In this document: piece after piece, positions 13,210 through 27,354 of the stretch
How the letters are laid out: each line of letters begins with the position of its first letter
Position numbering within the stretch: position 1 is the first letter of the stretch
Source of the DNA: Octopus sinensis
Lineage: Eukaryota
Assembly (NCBI RefSeq): GCF_006345805.1
Contig: NC_043006.1
Location: forward strand, 101,494,001-101,558,000
Length of the DNA: 64,000 nucleotides
Reading direction: 5' to 3'
Position numbers and translations under genes: made by a program
Notes under the pieces: model-generated
Seen by the model: the letters and a program-made list of their open reading frames with translations, nothing else
What the model was told of the DNA's origin: nothing
Databases searched by the model: none

Positions 13210-13581
13210 TATCTTTTACTTGTTTCACTCATTAGACTGCAGCCATGCTGGAGCACTGCTTGAAGAACTTTTACTTGAATGTATCAACCCCAATATGTTT
13301 TAAGCCTGGTAGTTATAGTATTGATCTCTCTTGCCAAACTGCTAAGTTACGGGTACATAAACACACCAACACCGGTTGTCAAGCTATGATGGGAAAACAA
13401 ACATAAATACACAGATATATATATATATATGATGGGATTTTTTCATTTTCTGTCTACCAAATCCACTCACAAGGCTTTGGTTAGCCCAAGGCTATTATAG
13501 AAGACACTTGGCCTAGGTGCCTTGCAGTGGGACTGAACCTGGAACCATGTAGTTGGAAAGCAAACTTACCACAGCCATGCC
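13210..13581 (-). mobile_element. SINE family A (a partial copy also lies at about 13000-13110)
   Basis: Colinear with 61597-62000 from tail TCTTTTACTTGTTTCA to head ACAGCCATGCC. Confidence 0.85.
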
Positions 13582-13676
13582 TATATATATATTAAACCAG
13601 TGTAACTTGGATGGAATCATCCCTGTTAGAGGTTTATATCCTCAAATTGACTATAATATATATATATATATATATG

Positions 13677-13742
<66 letters not shown>

Positions 13743-13943
13743 CATATACATTTGTGTGTAATTTAATCAGTTGTTTGTTGCATTTAGGGGATGTACAAGT
13801 CCTTTGAATTTCTATCCATGTGCCTGCAAACAAAAATTTATTTTGATCAAGAATATTAAGTGTTCCTTTTTAAGTGAAACAAAGTGTGTGCGTAAAAATG
13901 ATGAATTCTTTACCTCTTAAACCATGTGTCAAGAAATAAATAA

Positions 13944-13991
<48 letters not shown>

Positions 13992-14439
13992 ATTCATTAT
14001 TTTTTGTTAATTCTAATTATCTCTCTTCAAAGAAGAATAAATACATATTGCGGTTATATATTTTGTTTTCTGCTTTGTTTACATATTTATTCATTATAAA
14101 TAATATTTATCATGACTTGGTTCGTTGCCATTATTTTCTGTTCCCATCAGAATTTTTTTTCTTTATTTTTATCTATTTACCCTTGAAATGTTTGAGTTTC
14201 AAAATTAAAAAAAAAAAATCAAATAAAACCTTTTATTTTTAATTCAGTAAGTGATTGATTAATTTAGATTTATTCATTTATTTATAATATGATGAACACG
14301 ATGGTGCAGCTGTGAGTTCTCAGTAAACTGAATGTGTGACCTGATTTCTTTTCTCATTTGAAACCATCATCAGCTAATTTACCATGGCTGTTCAGAGGGG
14401 CAACTTGTTAGTTATTTTTTTCCAGTATTCACACTTTAA

Positions 14440-14637
14440 CCCATTAGCATTCAGATTACTCTGTGAATGTACTTATTCATATTGTTTTGAATTAATCATG
14501 CATAATCTCATATCTTTGTGATTGCTTATTTTTAGAATGACATTGTAGGGTAGGTGTGAGATGCAGGATCTGGATAGTTTGAACATAAAATGGGTTGAAT
14601 ACTTGGACCTGATATGGTCAGTTTAAATGCTAATGGG
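14440..14637. mobile_element. piggyBac-type MITE family 1, CCCATTAG TIR variant
   Basis: TTAA at 14436-14439 and 14638-14641. Perfect 12-bp TIRs CCCATTAGCATT / AATGCTAATGGG. Confidence 0.9.
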
Positions 14638-16019
14638 TTAAGGAGTACATATTTCTTGTAGACTTTTTAGAATAAATTCTTCTTCATATATGCTTCTGAA
14701 ATGCTATTAAAAAAAAACAGAAAAGAAAAAAGACTTATTTATTCAATGTACTTGTTCAGTAAATGTTAATTGCCTGACCATTTATTACTAGAAGCATATA
14801 TCAATGCATAATTAGTCTTACTAAATCTGGTACCAATTTAAACTAGCTGCATGAAATGCTGCATCTATAAATAAATGCTCTTTCAGAGACTCAAGATAAT
14901 GTCTGTTGTAAATTTTAACACAAAATACTGCTTCACTTTTCTTTAGCTTATGCATATTACTGCATATTATATATAGAATTTTGAAATAATTATATCATTC
15001 ATCAATTTTTTTTCTATATAAAAGAATCAGAGAAAGTGGGATAGTGCCCATGACAATGGCAGTCTCTCTAAAATTGGTGAGGTTGATGCAGTTAATGTTT
15101 GAATTGAGGAATCTACAGGTTCAAAACATTCCAAAGACTGCTGCTCTGAGGATGAAAGATTAGCTGAAATGTCTGAAGTGAGTGTTGGGAGATGGAATCC
15201 ACTAAAGGTATCAAGAAGAGGAGGAAAGTTACACGGAACAAATTAGCATGAATGAACAGTGTATTCTGCTATTAGCTCAAAAGGAGAGATGTAGTAGAGA
15301 TAAATAGAAGAGGCAGAGAGAAAACTACACATTCATGAACTAATATTTGATTGTTACTGATTCAATATTTAGTGTTTAGTCAAACTGCCTTCTTTTGGAT
15401 GTTACCTAGAATGTGTGTGTAGCAACATAAGAGCAGTAACACCTTTATGAGAACAGTATTTTAGCATGGATCACATTTAAGCTTTGTAGAGTAGCAGTTG
15501 ATATCTGAAGTATTTTATGTCCCTAAAGAGATGTTGTTTGATGCAATGAGACAATGTTATGTGACACACACACACACAACACACACATGCATGCATGCAT
15601 GTGTGAAGCATTGCATCCCGGAAGTTTCCTTTATGCAATGTCTGTAATGATATTGGTGCTAAGCTGTATCAGCTTAAATTGGCAGCCTTTCCTTTAAATG
15701 GATACTGGTAGCTACAAAAAAGACTTGCATGCACCAGTAACTTATCTAGGTTTGTGTGTACATGTTCAGAAACATGGTCAATCCTGACCAAGAAAGACTG
15801 CCATCCTTGGGAAGTTGTGATATGTTAGGCCTAGGTTGGATTGGTGCTCACAAATATTAGAGAAAAGGAAGAAGAATTAACCAGTGGGTTTAATTCTCAT
15901 TTTGGCTATTCTTGAGGATATATAAAGGATACAGCTCGTCAAAATGCCATAGAAACTCAAATACTTGCCACAGAATAAACTCCACTTAAGATATCTGTGA
16001 ACCAGGCCAGATGGTGTTA

Positions 16020-16250
16020 GCCTATTAACATTCAGATTACTCTATCAAATACAATTCTCATTTGTTTGGATTGTGTTGAATAATATATTAATCTTGCATT
16101 GTCTCATATCTTTGCGATTTCAATGATGTGACTTTATTTTTAGAATGACACTGTAGGATAGAGGTGAGAGACATGATCTGGTCAACTTGACCATAAAATA
16201 GGTTGAATATTTTAGCTGGATATGGCTGGTTTAAATGCAGATGGTTTAAA
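16020..16250. mobile_element. piggyBac-type MITE family 1 (degenerate)
   Basis: Colinear with 14440-14637. Eroded ends resemble the CCCATTAG variant. Confidence 0.6.
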
Positions 16251-16423
16251 ACCAGATGGTGTGGTATGCCTATATCACTTTCACATGTTAAATAGTTTCC
16301 TTTTCATTCTCACAATTGTAATGTTGTGTGTGCAAACATTCCCAAGTTTACTGTTGTGACTATTAGTTTTAAAGCCAACACTTTAGTATCTTCTTGTAGT
16401 ACTTCCTTATATTTGTATTTTAA

Positions 16424-16640
16424 CCCTTTAGCAATCAAATTACTCTGTCAAATGTAATGCTTATGCATACACATTGTTTTGAATTAATTATGTAATAACT
16501 AGAAGCTTTGAAATTTTGATGATTTGATTGTATAATCTTAGAAGGATATTGCAGGGTAGATGTAAAAGAACAGACCTAGTTGGTTTGAACCTAAAACTAG
16601 TAGAATGTTTGAGCCAGGTTTGGCCAGTGTAAATGCTAAA
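16424..16640. mobile_element. piggyBac-type MITE family 1
   Basis: TTAA-CCCTTTAGCAAT left end, colinear interior, right end AATGCTAAAG truncated. Confidence 0.7.
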
Positions 16641-16819
16641 GCAATTGTGTGTGTGTGTGTGTGTGTGTGTGATTTAATGTATAATTTTTCTTTCACTTGT
16701 AAACCAGCTAAGGATTAACAACACGAATGGCATCTGGCTATAAATAATACCTTGATAATATATTGATCTAACCCAAACTAGCATGGAAAAAGACTTAAAA
16801 ATGAATGACAAAATGTGTG

Positions 16820-16862
16820 AGTTTATATATATATATATATATAATATATATATATATATATC

Positions 16863-16908
<46 letters not shown>

Positions 16909-17005
16909 AAATTGAGGATAAAATCTTTATAAGAAATTATCAGTAGTTAGCGTGAAAAAATAGCGTGCGGTATCTATGAATAGTAGTACCCTCTATATGA
17001 TATAT

Positions 17006-17051
<46 letters not shown>

Positions 17052-17060
17052 CATACATAC
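16820..17060. repeat. (TA)n microsatellite interrupted by a ~95-bp unique island (16905-17000)
   Basis: TA dinucleotide runs on both sides of a CpG-containing non-repetitive insert. Origin of the insert not identified. Confidence 0.8.
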
Positions 17061-17482
17061 ATCTCTATGTTTTTGTGTGAGTTTAAAAAATTTATTTTTA
17101 TGAATCTTGTTTACCTGTTTTTCTACATTCACATGTGCTAGATTTCAAGCACATAAATGTAACTTCTTTGAAGCAGCATATGCTAATGCATTCATCTAAA
17201 TATCATACTGACACATATACCTAATTGCCAAGCCCACATACACAGTCGAATGTTTAATAGCCATATACAGATATATTTGTAATTAGACATCATATTGATA
17301 TAATTACATCCATATATCATTTAAATATATGTATACCTCATGCAGATACAAGAATAATATACACATTCCAGCACTCATTCATATCAATTTATTGCTCATG
17401 CATACTGAGATCTATGCTACTTCAACAGATGTTTATGCACACCAATATATGTATGCAGGCATTCCACCCAAATAAATTAGTT

Positions 17483-17487
<5 letters not shown>

Positions 17488-17553
<66 letters not shown>
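17488..17553. repeat. (CT)n microsatellite
   Basis: About 33 uninterrupted CT units. Confidence 0.95.
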
Positions 17554-17556
<3 letters not shown>

Positions 17557-17829
17557 AGATTTACTCATATCTTCTTAATAATATAAAAGGGAATATATGT
17601 ATGTTCCAAATTGTTGGCTCTAGTTCCACACCTAAGTAGCTTAAATTTTACATAGGAGCACATCTTTTTAAAAAGGTCATAAGTTAAGGGACTTTCTCTG
17701 ATAATTTCTATAATATTGGGCAAAGCTCAGTGCTGCTGGTGCTGGTCTCATCTCCATTGTTTTAACATCAAGTTATTACTATTGTTCACTGTTTGAATGA
17801 AGTCTGTACTTGTCTTTCAACATTTTAAA

Positions 17830-18039
17830 CCCTTTAGTATTTAAACCAGCCATACATATCTGCTCAAAATATTCTGTTTTATGCTCAAACTAGCCAAATT
17901 CTCACACCTGTCCTACAATGTTATTCTTAAAATAAACAATCACATCATTGAAAACTCAATACTACAAGATAATGCATGATTAATTCAAAGCACTGTGAAT
18001 ATATATTACATTTGATGGAGTAATCTGAATGCTAAAGGG
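17830..18039. mobile_element. piggyBac-type MITE family 1 (inverted orientation)
   Basis: CCCTTTAGTATT ... AATGCTAAAGGG-TTAA. Interior is the reverse complement of 9423-9642. Confidence 0.85.
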
Positions 18040-18306
18040 TTAAATATATTATATACTTCAATAACACCCAGCTGCTTAATTTAAAGATTATAAAATACTG
18101 TAGTCAGATAACCCGTGGAATCCAGTAATGGCAGAATATATTTTAGGAAAATATAATCATAATGCATAATGGATAAGTTTTCATTATAAAGGACAAAAGT
18201 GAGCCTAATGTATGTATGTGTGTGTGTGTATGCTTATGAATGTAACAAAGAAATTGTGACTTTGTTCTTAGTTTTCTTCACTGACAATTTTAAAAATCTA
18301 TTGTTA

Positions 18307-18338
<32 letters not shown>

Positions 18339-20679
18339 ATATATATATATATATGGCTATTTATATAATACTTATAAATATATTCCTTCTTTCCTAGGTG
18401 AGTGTCATTTCTGGAACTTCTGCTGGTAAGAGAGAGCTCGTTTTATTTCTGTTTCATATGTTGTTGTTATTCTTGTGACATGTCTCATGATGTTACAATA
18501 AGTTCTCAATGAATTGTTGAGTTCACAGTCGTCCACTTTCACTTAACAATCCTACTACTTCACACATGAGTAACATTAAGAATGCTATGTTCGTGTTCAC
18601 CTGTCTGTATATATCTAACATTTTATGCTTTTGTAAGAAATAATTGTCACAAGTATATAGCTCCTAGCTTCTATTATTATTGCCAGAATGTATTTTATAT
18701 AGAAACACAACAGCAGGCTTATAACTTGAAGCATTTCTCAATTTAAGTGGTATTGTTAACATAAAACCTATGCATTAATATAAAGCCTCTTATACAATGT
18801 GCAATGTGCTTTTGTACAAGTAATGTTATGCAAAGCATTGGATGGCTAATGTAGTGGAGGGTACTAGATGCAGCGAGATGAATGATTCAAAGGATTTTCA
18901 GTTGTATTTGTGGTGCAGCCTGCAATTATGTTGTGCATAAACTGTTGCAGGAACTGTAGAAGAGGCAAACGGAGAACATCTGTTTGTAAACCTGGAAGAG
19001 ATTAACATGTATGTGTGAGATGTGTTGCATCAATCAGTTGACTTGTCTTCTGAATTCTAACAACAACAACAACAACAACAACAAAATATGCAATAATTGG
19101 CAGAGATGAACCATTGAAAAACCGAGCAATGTATGGGGTTTATACTGAATTTAGAAGTTTCAAAGGCCAAAATCATTTTTGGCTTTGAATAAAGAATGCA
19201 AGAAGATCAAAGCTATTTTGGCCATTATGGATTTATGGAGATTGCAAAAGATAGGAATAATTGATTATTGTTTATGAGAGAGATCAAGAATAGTTCTTTT
19301 CAATTAAATTCACATTTATTGTATATTAATACAAATGAAAAGCAAAATACTACAGTTCAAGTTGCAATAATAATGGCTTACATTGATGTATCAAATGACA
19401 AGAGCCATTGTACAGTAATGAAACAAATACTAATACAATAATTAGTGCAGTAATATCACCATAATTATGAGTTTTATTTTATGATTATTGATATTTGTAT
19501 TTTGAAAATTTTCAATGTAAGTTGCTCCCATGATTAGAGGTTTGTTTACTTGCAGTAGATAAGCTGGACTTCTTCTTTTTAGTGCCTTATCTGCCTTTGT
19601 AGTTGTTGCGTATCTGCAGGTCATCCCTTCTCCTCAAGTATGAAATAGGAAAAGATTAAAGAAGGATGAAGGATAATGTTGGCTATAGCATTATAAAATG
19701 TTATTGCTCTTGAGAAAATCATGAAGGTCATAACACTGTGTCTTATTTCTACAAACTCTGAGCTTCAGTATCTCATGAACAAATCTTGATTGCTATTTGT
19801 TTAAACGATCAGCGAGCAACCAAGGGAAACATTCAGAGGCTTTTAGTTTTGCAGTTTTGATATGTCACCACAAGAGTTATGCTCTGCTATTTGATTAGAT
19901 AATTAATTCTACATGACTTCAATTTTAGCTTTAGGTTTCTTTATTAGAAAACAAAAATAGGCATCACAGTAATGATGCAACTTCTCATTCATTATACATA
20001 CATTCACAGGTATGTATACATAGATAGTTGACAACTGTCCATTTACATCCAAAGAAGAACACTGACTACATGGAGATGACTATGTTTAACAGGTTACCTA
20101 TGTTTCTAATCTGCCAGGTGTGTTGCTATTTCAAGTGTGTCACCACCTCAGGTTTGTCAACACCCCTGGTCTGTCACCACCTCCCTTTTTCTGCAGGTTT
20201 AAAAAAGAAATAGAGGTGAGAATTTAGCATTATTAGTGCAGAATTTTAGTTCCAATGAAGCTTCACTATATCTCGTTAGACCTCCCCACCCTGTTGGTGT
20301 GATCCAAAAATAAGCTGCAGGATCAGAGTATAGGAGCACCGGGGTCTTCAACTGGTACTGAAGATACTCAAGATGGTCAAGACTAGTTCACCTTCTTCTA
20401 AAGTTATACTGTAATGAAAGTTCAGCAGTGCCTCATTCTTAGTGAGCTTACAATGCACTAGTCACCAATCTAGGATTTTTTTTTAATATCTGTGCTATTG
20501 TTGATGGCCACTGACCCACCCCCATGCTGGATTCAGCTATAGTTTTGACAGATAGTATTTCTGTCCTTTTGAAGTTTCTAGCAACCTTCCTTGCGTGTGT
20601 CAATTTTGTCATCAATGTCCCAACCATACAACAAGTTTTAGTAGTTTACATGCCTCCAATAGTGCTCACAAGAAACCTG

Positions 20680-20716
<37 letters not shown>

Positions 20717-23700
20717 ACACACACCATATTGGCTGTTTACGATTGATTAACATCTGTATAATCAAGCATCTACACACTATTAGTAATCAATAGCATTATC
20801 TTTTCTCAACTTATTGTTCCTGGTTTTTGCTTTTTTTGTTTTTTTGATTTTTATGGCTACCATTTATTTATTACTTTTTGTTAATTTGGGGGTTTAATTT
20901 TGTTTTAACTTTTAAACATTAGTAATGAATTGAATTTTCTGTGTCCTGCTTTTTTTTTATTCTGTTTTTGTCAGCTTTTATTATTCATTTATTTATGTTT
21001 TTGAAATCCAAATGTTTAAATGAATAAAAAAATAAATTAAAACCTGTAATAGAAAACTTTATCAAAATTTTAAGCTGTTAGATTGGCAACACATTAAACT
21101 GTTTGTTTAATTTCATGACTTGTAAAAGAAAAAGTAATTGAACAAAACAAAAACAATCTATGACACAATTAAAAAATAACAACAAAACACTGAAAATTCT
21201 TTATTGATAAGCTAAAGTGGTTTTTATTTTATTTGGCTTTTTTTTTAAGTTTTAGAAATTAATTCTAGCTTTTAATTGTCACTGTCACCTTATACTGCAA
21301 TGTTTTTTGTTTGTTTGTTTTCATAATGTTTTGTTTTTTGTTAAATTCATTTATATTTGTAACTTAAAGTGATGGATTGAAGGAATTTTATTTCAGTAAT
21401 AAAGATTTCATTCTTATGCACAATTCCATTCCCACTAAGGGAGGTGTTATAGTTAATTGATTTTAGATCATTATATTACTTTGGGTTTTTTTTTCTATTT
21501 TGTTTTTTTTTTTCTCTCCATCTTTCATTATCAATAAGATTAATGAGTAAGACTTAGTGAAATTTCAGCCCAGAATGAAAACATGCACAACTTGTTGTTG
21601 TGAAATATCTTGTCAAATTCCTTACTCTTGCATCAATACTTAATTACATTCACAGTGGTTTCTCACAACTCATTGGCATCAAGCGACATATTTGAAGGTG
21701 AAGGCTACAACTGTTGATTGATTTCACACTGGTACACACATGTCTAGTACTTATTTTATTATACTTCTAAGAATGGGAGACAGAATCACCCCCAGATGGC
21801 AATATAAACTCATAAACTCAGGATTTAAAAGAATGAAACTAGATAGTGTATAATGTTTAAGTCTAGTATGTTGTTAATAATAATAATTGATGGAAATGTT
21901 AAAAAGAGAAGTATATCAGCTAAATAAGTCAATCCTATACCAGCTTTTAAAATGGAATAAATGCTATGAAAGACAAAAAGCATGGAAAGACAAAAAGCAT
22001 GGAAAAAATTGATAAATGCTATTCTGGCAATATGGCTTGGTCGGTCTTCAGGGATGCAACAATTTGATAATAATTGAGGTAGTCATGCAGATAAACACTG
22101 TTAAGTTTGATATATACACATGGAGCACAATACATATTAGAATATAGAGAAATTATGTAAAGCCTTAAGTCAACAGCTGTTTCAGGAAGCCAGGAGTTAT
22201 GTAATAATCATAATTTGCCAGTGATATATGCAAAAAAGTAATGGATATGTAACCAGTAACATGAAGATACTACAGTAAGTCTAGCTCCCCTCTTCAAGAG
22301 AAGATTGACAAATAATGAATTATAATAATAAATAATGTAAATAAGGGTTTGTTTATTTGATAAAAGTGATGATAATAATTGGGATTGAAGGAAGAAATGT
22401 TAATTAAGTATGATTAAGAGTATTGCATAGTTATATAATTAGTTGTATACTTTCTCCGTTTTTATCAACACGCTATCCTCCCATGGTCATGAATAATGAT
22501 TAGTTTTTTAGACATGCACCCATCCACCTTTTTTTATGTTTATTTTAAAGTCAAGGTCAACATAGTTAATTGATTCTACCACTAGTTCATTAGTGTGTTG
22601 CTAATCTAGCACGTTTCCAGAATGTTACTACATTCCTTACTGTGCAAAAAGAAAGGGCAAAAAATGCGTCATGCTACATCAGTCCACTTAGATATTAATA
22701 GGTACCTTGAGGAGGTCACATCTCTTCAAGAAACAACTCATGCAAGTGCATGAGGTAACTGCTGAACATTTTGTACATAATACTGAGCTTAAGCAACTCT
22801 ATCAGGGGCCACAAAAATAAAATTTCTGCAGAATTGATGTTTTTTATTATGGGAGACATTTCAAAAATAATTCCTATCCGAATGGTTGGAACCAATGAAT
22901 CAGTATTTAATAAGATGGGAGGATAAGTTGATTTTCATGATTTTAAGGATACTAAATTAGCCTGAGTTTTCTTGGCTCCCTACCATCTGTACTTGTACAA
23001 GTCATTAAAGGAGTTTCTCGTAAAATCACGTGATTTTTCTTCTGTAGTTTCTCTTTGTTGTTTGCTTCATGATAGTTTTTGTGTAGTTGTTTTTAAGTTT
23101 TTTTGTTAGAATTTCTGTGAGACTAGTGCCATTACAGTATTTCTAGAATATATTTTTTTCCTGTGTAAACCAGCATCTTAAGAATCAAAAGTCAACCAAA
23201 TGCAGCATTGGCATGATATTAAAGTTATTTAATAGAAACCAACAATAAAGGAAGAACTAAAAATAGATAAAAGAGACAGCTGTGTTATATTGTGTAGTTT
23301 TGATTTTTAACATATTTGTATTTTTCAAAGATTTTGTAATTGAGTATATTTGTAAGTTATTTCAATGTAAAGAAATTTACTTAATTACCTAAATCTTTTT
23401 GGCAATGTATAGAACTTTATTATCGCTGTATTCTTTTTGGATTTATTTATAATTTTATAACATCCTGCTTTAGTATCCGTCTTCAAATGATTGAATAGGT
23501 CTTTTTGCTTTTCTCTGCTTTCTATTGTACAACAAAGAATATTTGGTTTTTACTTTCCTCAAATGAAATATGAATATTCACTATCAGGATGATCAAGATG
23601 TAAACTGCAGGAATTAAACTTCTGTGGAATATCATACTGATTTCATTAATGGAGAAATTCAATGCCATTTTTGTTCTCATTTTCGTTATTTCTGGTTGAA

Positions 23701-24576
23701 GTGTTGTCCATGCTATTGTAAAGTTTCAGGTAGTTCTGCTGAAGGAGATGAAGAGTGCAGCTATTAAAAATTGCAAGCTGTTTGGATGTTTCAGAGTGAT
23801 TTTAAAGTAGGCAGGGAGTTAGTGGAGATGATTTACTCGATAGATCAGCAAGTTGAACAATTAATAAGAAACTACTTCACTTGCTTTCGTGATGTTGATA
23901 GCAGTCGTAGGTGATGGAGTAATGTTGGAACCTTCAAAGAGTAGCAATTTTTTAATGGAAACTTGTAAATAATATGTGGTGTATAAAACAACATTGCTGC
24001 CAATGATTGTTAATTGGCATTTTAAAACCATTCAACCACTTAAAGAAAGGAGTGGTAATAAACATTCAAACATAGCTAACTTAAGAGTCAGTAATAGCAT
24101 ATAAAATCATTTTTATTTCTGCTCTCTTCTACCAAAGATGTTTGGATTAAGTATGCCTTTTCAATTGTTTAAAAGTTAATCTATGTCACAATATGAGCCA
24201 TCCTTAACTTGTTTATTTTTCATGTATTTCTTTTTGTAACTCATTGTTAATTAACAGTTTCATAACCAATAATATATGTACGTACAAACATACATACAAA
24301 TATGCATACATACAGTGCAGAAGAATAGCTGTATTGTGATCTACTTTAGGTTTTTATGGTTTTAAAATTATATTCCATTTTTCTCATGATGTCCATAGGG
24401 TAAATATGTTATCAAGTTTCTGATGAAACACACTGCTTTCATTTCACTTGGTTTTAAAAAGTGATGAAAAATTTTCGTAAAATAACTTTGTCATTATTAA
24501 ACTGGTGTTTGGAACACAAACCAGCATGAAATTTTGTAAGGTTCTAGTTTAGATCAGTTTAAAAGTAGAAGTTTGT

Positions 24577-24806
24577 GCGGCGAGCCGGCAGAAACGTTAG
24601 CACGCCGGGCGAAATGCTTAACGGTATTTCGTCTGCGTTACGTTGTGAGTTCAAATTCCGCCGAGGTCGACTTTGCCTTTCATCCTTTCGGGGTCGATAA
24701 ATTAAGTACCAGTTACGCACTGGAGTCGATGTAATCGACTTAATACCTATGTATGTCCTTGTTTGTCCCCTCTGTGTTTAGCCCCTTGTGGGTAATAAAG
24801 AAATAG
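24577..24806 (+). mobile_element. SINE family C, young CpG-rich copy nested in a family-2 piggyBac MITE remnant
   Basis: GGCGAGCCGGCAGAAACGTTAG head, B-box GAGTTCAAATTCC, many intact CpGs. The 5' flank (about 24440-24576) aligns to the interior of 46643-46863. Confidence 0.9.
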
Positions 24807-27354
24807 GTATTAAAAGAGAATTAATTCAGCTAGTTACAACTCATCGCTGCAAAAACTTACCCATGAACTTTTGATAGAAAGGTTTATTCAAATATTATAA
24901 GTTTTCTAACTATATTGAGATGGATTTTGTTACTTTAAAACACTGTTGCTGTTTCCTGTCATCCTCATCAACAGCATCATTCATATCACCTCCACCAGTA
25001 TCTCCATCATCATTACCACCGTTCATGTTTTTACATCTGGTTTTCTTTGGTGGATCTACACAATCACATCTTGCCATTTTTTTTTTTAATTTATTCTGTG
25101 ATTTTCAATTCTCTTTGGTGAATCATTAGTGCTTCAGTCAAAGAAGATTTAAAACATAGATCACTGGAATTAATGCCGTTTCAATCTCGTCAGACACTTT
25201 TATTTGTTATTTTATTAATCACATTTTCATATATGTTATATCAACCTTCTCTTTTACAAATCCCCAGCTGTTTTCTTGATTCCTTTAGATTTAGCTGCTT
25301 TAGTTAACTTTTATGCTATACAGTCTAGTGAATCTCATGTCTCACAGCCAATGGAATATAGATCTTCTTCATTCACTTCAGTCATCATTTGTCTGGATTG
25401 AATCAACATGTTATTGGTATATTAAGAATTGTGACTATTAAAGTATTTTAATATTTGTAGCTACAGGCATTTGTTCAATCTCATTATCCTATTCGCCAGC
25501 TTAAATTACATTTCACTTAATTGTTCTTTCTCTTAGTAGAGTCTTTTCTCTTCCTTTTTATTTTTATGATTATGTTTATAATCTGTTATACTAGATTCTA
25601 AGAACTTATTTTATAGTTTGATTAGTCAGATAAAAGAACTAATATTCATCTTTCTGCCTTTTAACTTGATAGGCTTGTCAAAATGATCCTTAATTTAAAA
25701 TGTTTGCAGGCTTACATGGTTGTAAAATAACTCTTGTATGTCAGAATTCCAGTGTACTGTAGTTGCCATAAAAACAATTTGCACTCAGCAGAGCAAATCA
25801 ATAAACCAGTTTTGAAATTTTAGTATTACCACTGTTGATACCAAGGATCTTATAACATATTGTGATACAGTATTTTTTACAGCTATACCTAGTGGGCTGT
25901 TGCTAGTTAAGTAGCATGCCCATAGACATTGCAAATTTCTGCTAACAGGGTATGAACCACCAACCCTTGGATAATTGTCTCTTCACACCTACACATGTGC
26001 ACTCGCTCTTTCATGCCCATTTTCCATACTGACAGGAACTGAATGGATTGTTACAATACATCTCAGTTCTTATTCAAAATTACAGACCTCATAAATAGTT
26101 TGGTTTCTATGACGCTCATTTTATTGCCAGTTGCTTTAGAGTGTATTGCGTGTATTTTATCATAGCACAAGCGCTAGAGAGGTTGTCATGTCTTCAGCAA
26201 AATCAGAGCCCCCTTAATCCAATGTCATCATTGCTTCTTCACCAGCCATTTTATGAAGCATGTTGGATGCATTTTATCATAGGTACATCACTAGTAGAAA
26301 TCATCTTGTACGCCTTAAAGTTTAAGACTTTTCACCACTTCATGATGTTCATACACTCAAGACAATATGGTAGAAAAAGAAGATGAATAGAAGTGAAAGT
26401 GATGCCCAAAAAAGAACTAGAATGATGCAGTGTGAAGGGAATGAGAGTATGATGGTTGAATGAAGGCAATTGGGATGAGAGGCTGCTAGAAAAGGAAAGA
26501 GAGGTTAAATGTTGCATAAATTTCAGTAGTTTATTTATTCATGATTAAAAGGCAGCAGATTTTGGTACCAAAATTTACTAGCTTAACATTAATTAGAGGA
26601 CAGCATTTGAAATTCTGCATGTGATACACCTTGTTCTTTCTCATGTTCTTCAGATTTTGACATTCCAAAATGCTTTGGAATTTTATATCATAATTTACCG
26701 GCTGCAACTATGGTGGATAATGAATATCAATCAATCATTGTTATTTGATTCATTTTGAACACAATTCATCTATGTCCGGCATTTCTATGTCTCAATGTTC
26801 TCATTTACTCTCTCTCTCTCTCTCTCCCTCTCCTTCCCTTTCTCTCTTTCTCTCATCACATTATCTTTCTTTTGTTCTACTTTTTACTTTTAAAATAAAA
26901 TTGTACTTAACAGAACAATATTTGTTGGATCCTGATTTTCATTCTCATGCAGATATATTTTCTCTTTCTCATTGTTTTCCTTTCCTCTCATGTTATGTTG
27001 ATAATTGTTTCCATGCTGGCATAGATTGGATGGTTTGCCATGGTTGGAGTAAGCATAGATTCAGAGGAACTGCTCCTCTAGATGGAGCATTGGCTCACAT
27101 CTCATTCGTGTTTTATTTTCCACACAGCCTGTTGTCTTTTGTAATACTAACTACTTCCCAAATTAGGTGCTTTTTTTGTGATATCTGCACTAGGGATATC
27201 CTCCACAAGACTCTCATCTTTACACTTCACAGAATTTATTGCATACATTTCCCATGGTACTAGCGCAATAGAGGTACCCCTGTCCTAAACATGCTTGAAA
27301 GAACCTTTCAAACCCAAATTTCTCTTTTTCTATGAACACACAATAATAATAATA

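Noticed and set aside
27150-27200. Left TIR of the DD37D transposon
   Set aside because: Only GGTGC and GATAT.TG match the expected CAGGGTGCGTAAGATATTTG; insufficient.
26745-27263. 172-aa ORF
   Set aside because: Low-complexity S/L/F-rich read-through of (CT)n and repeat fragments; no recognisable domain.
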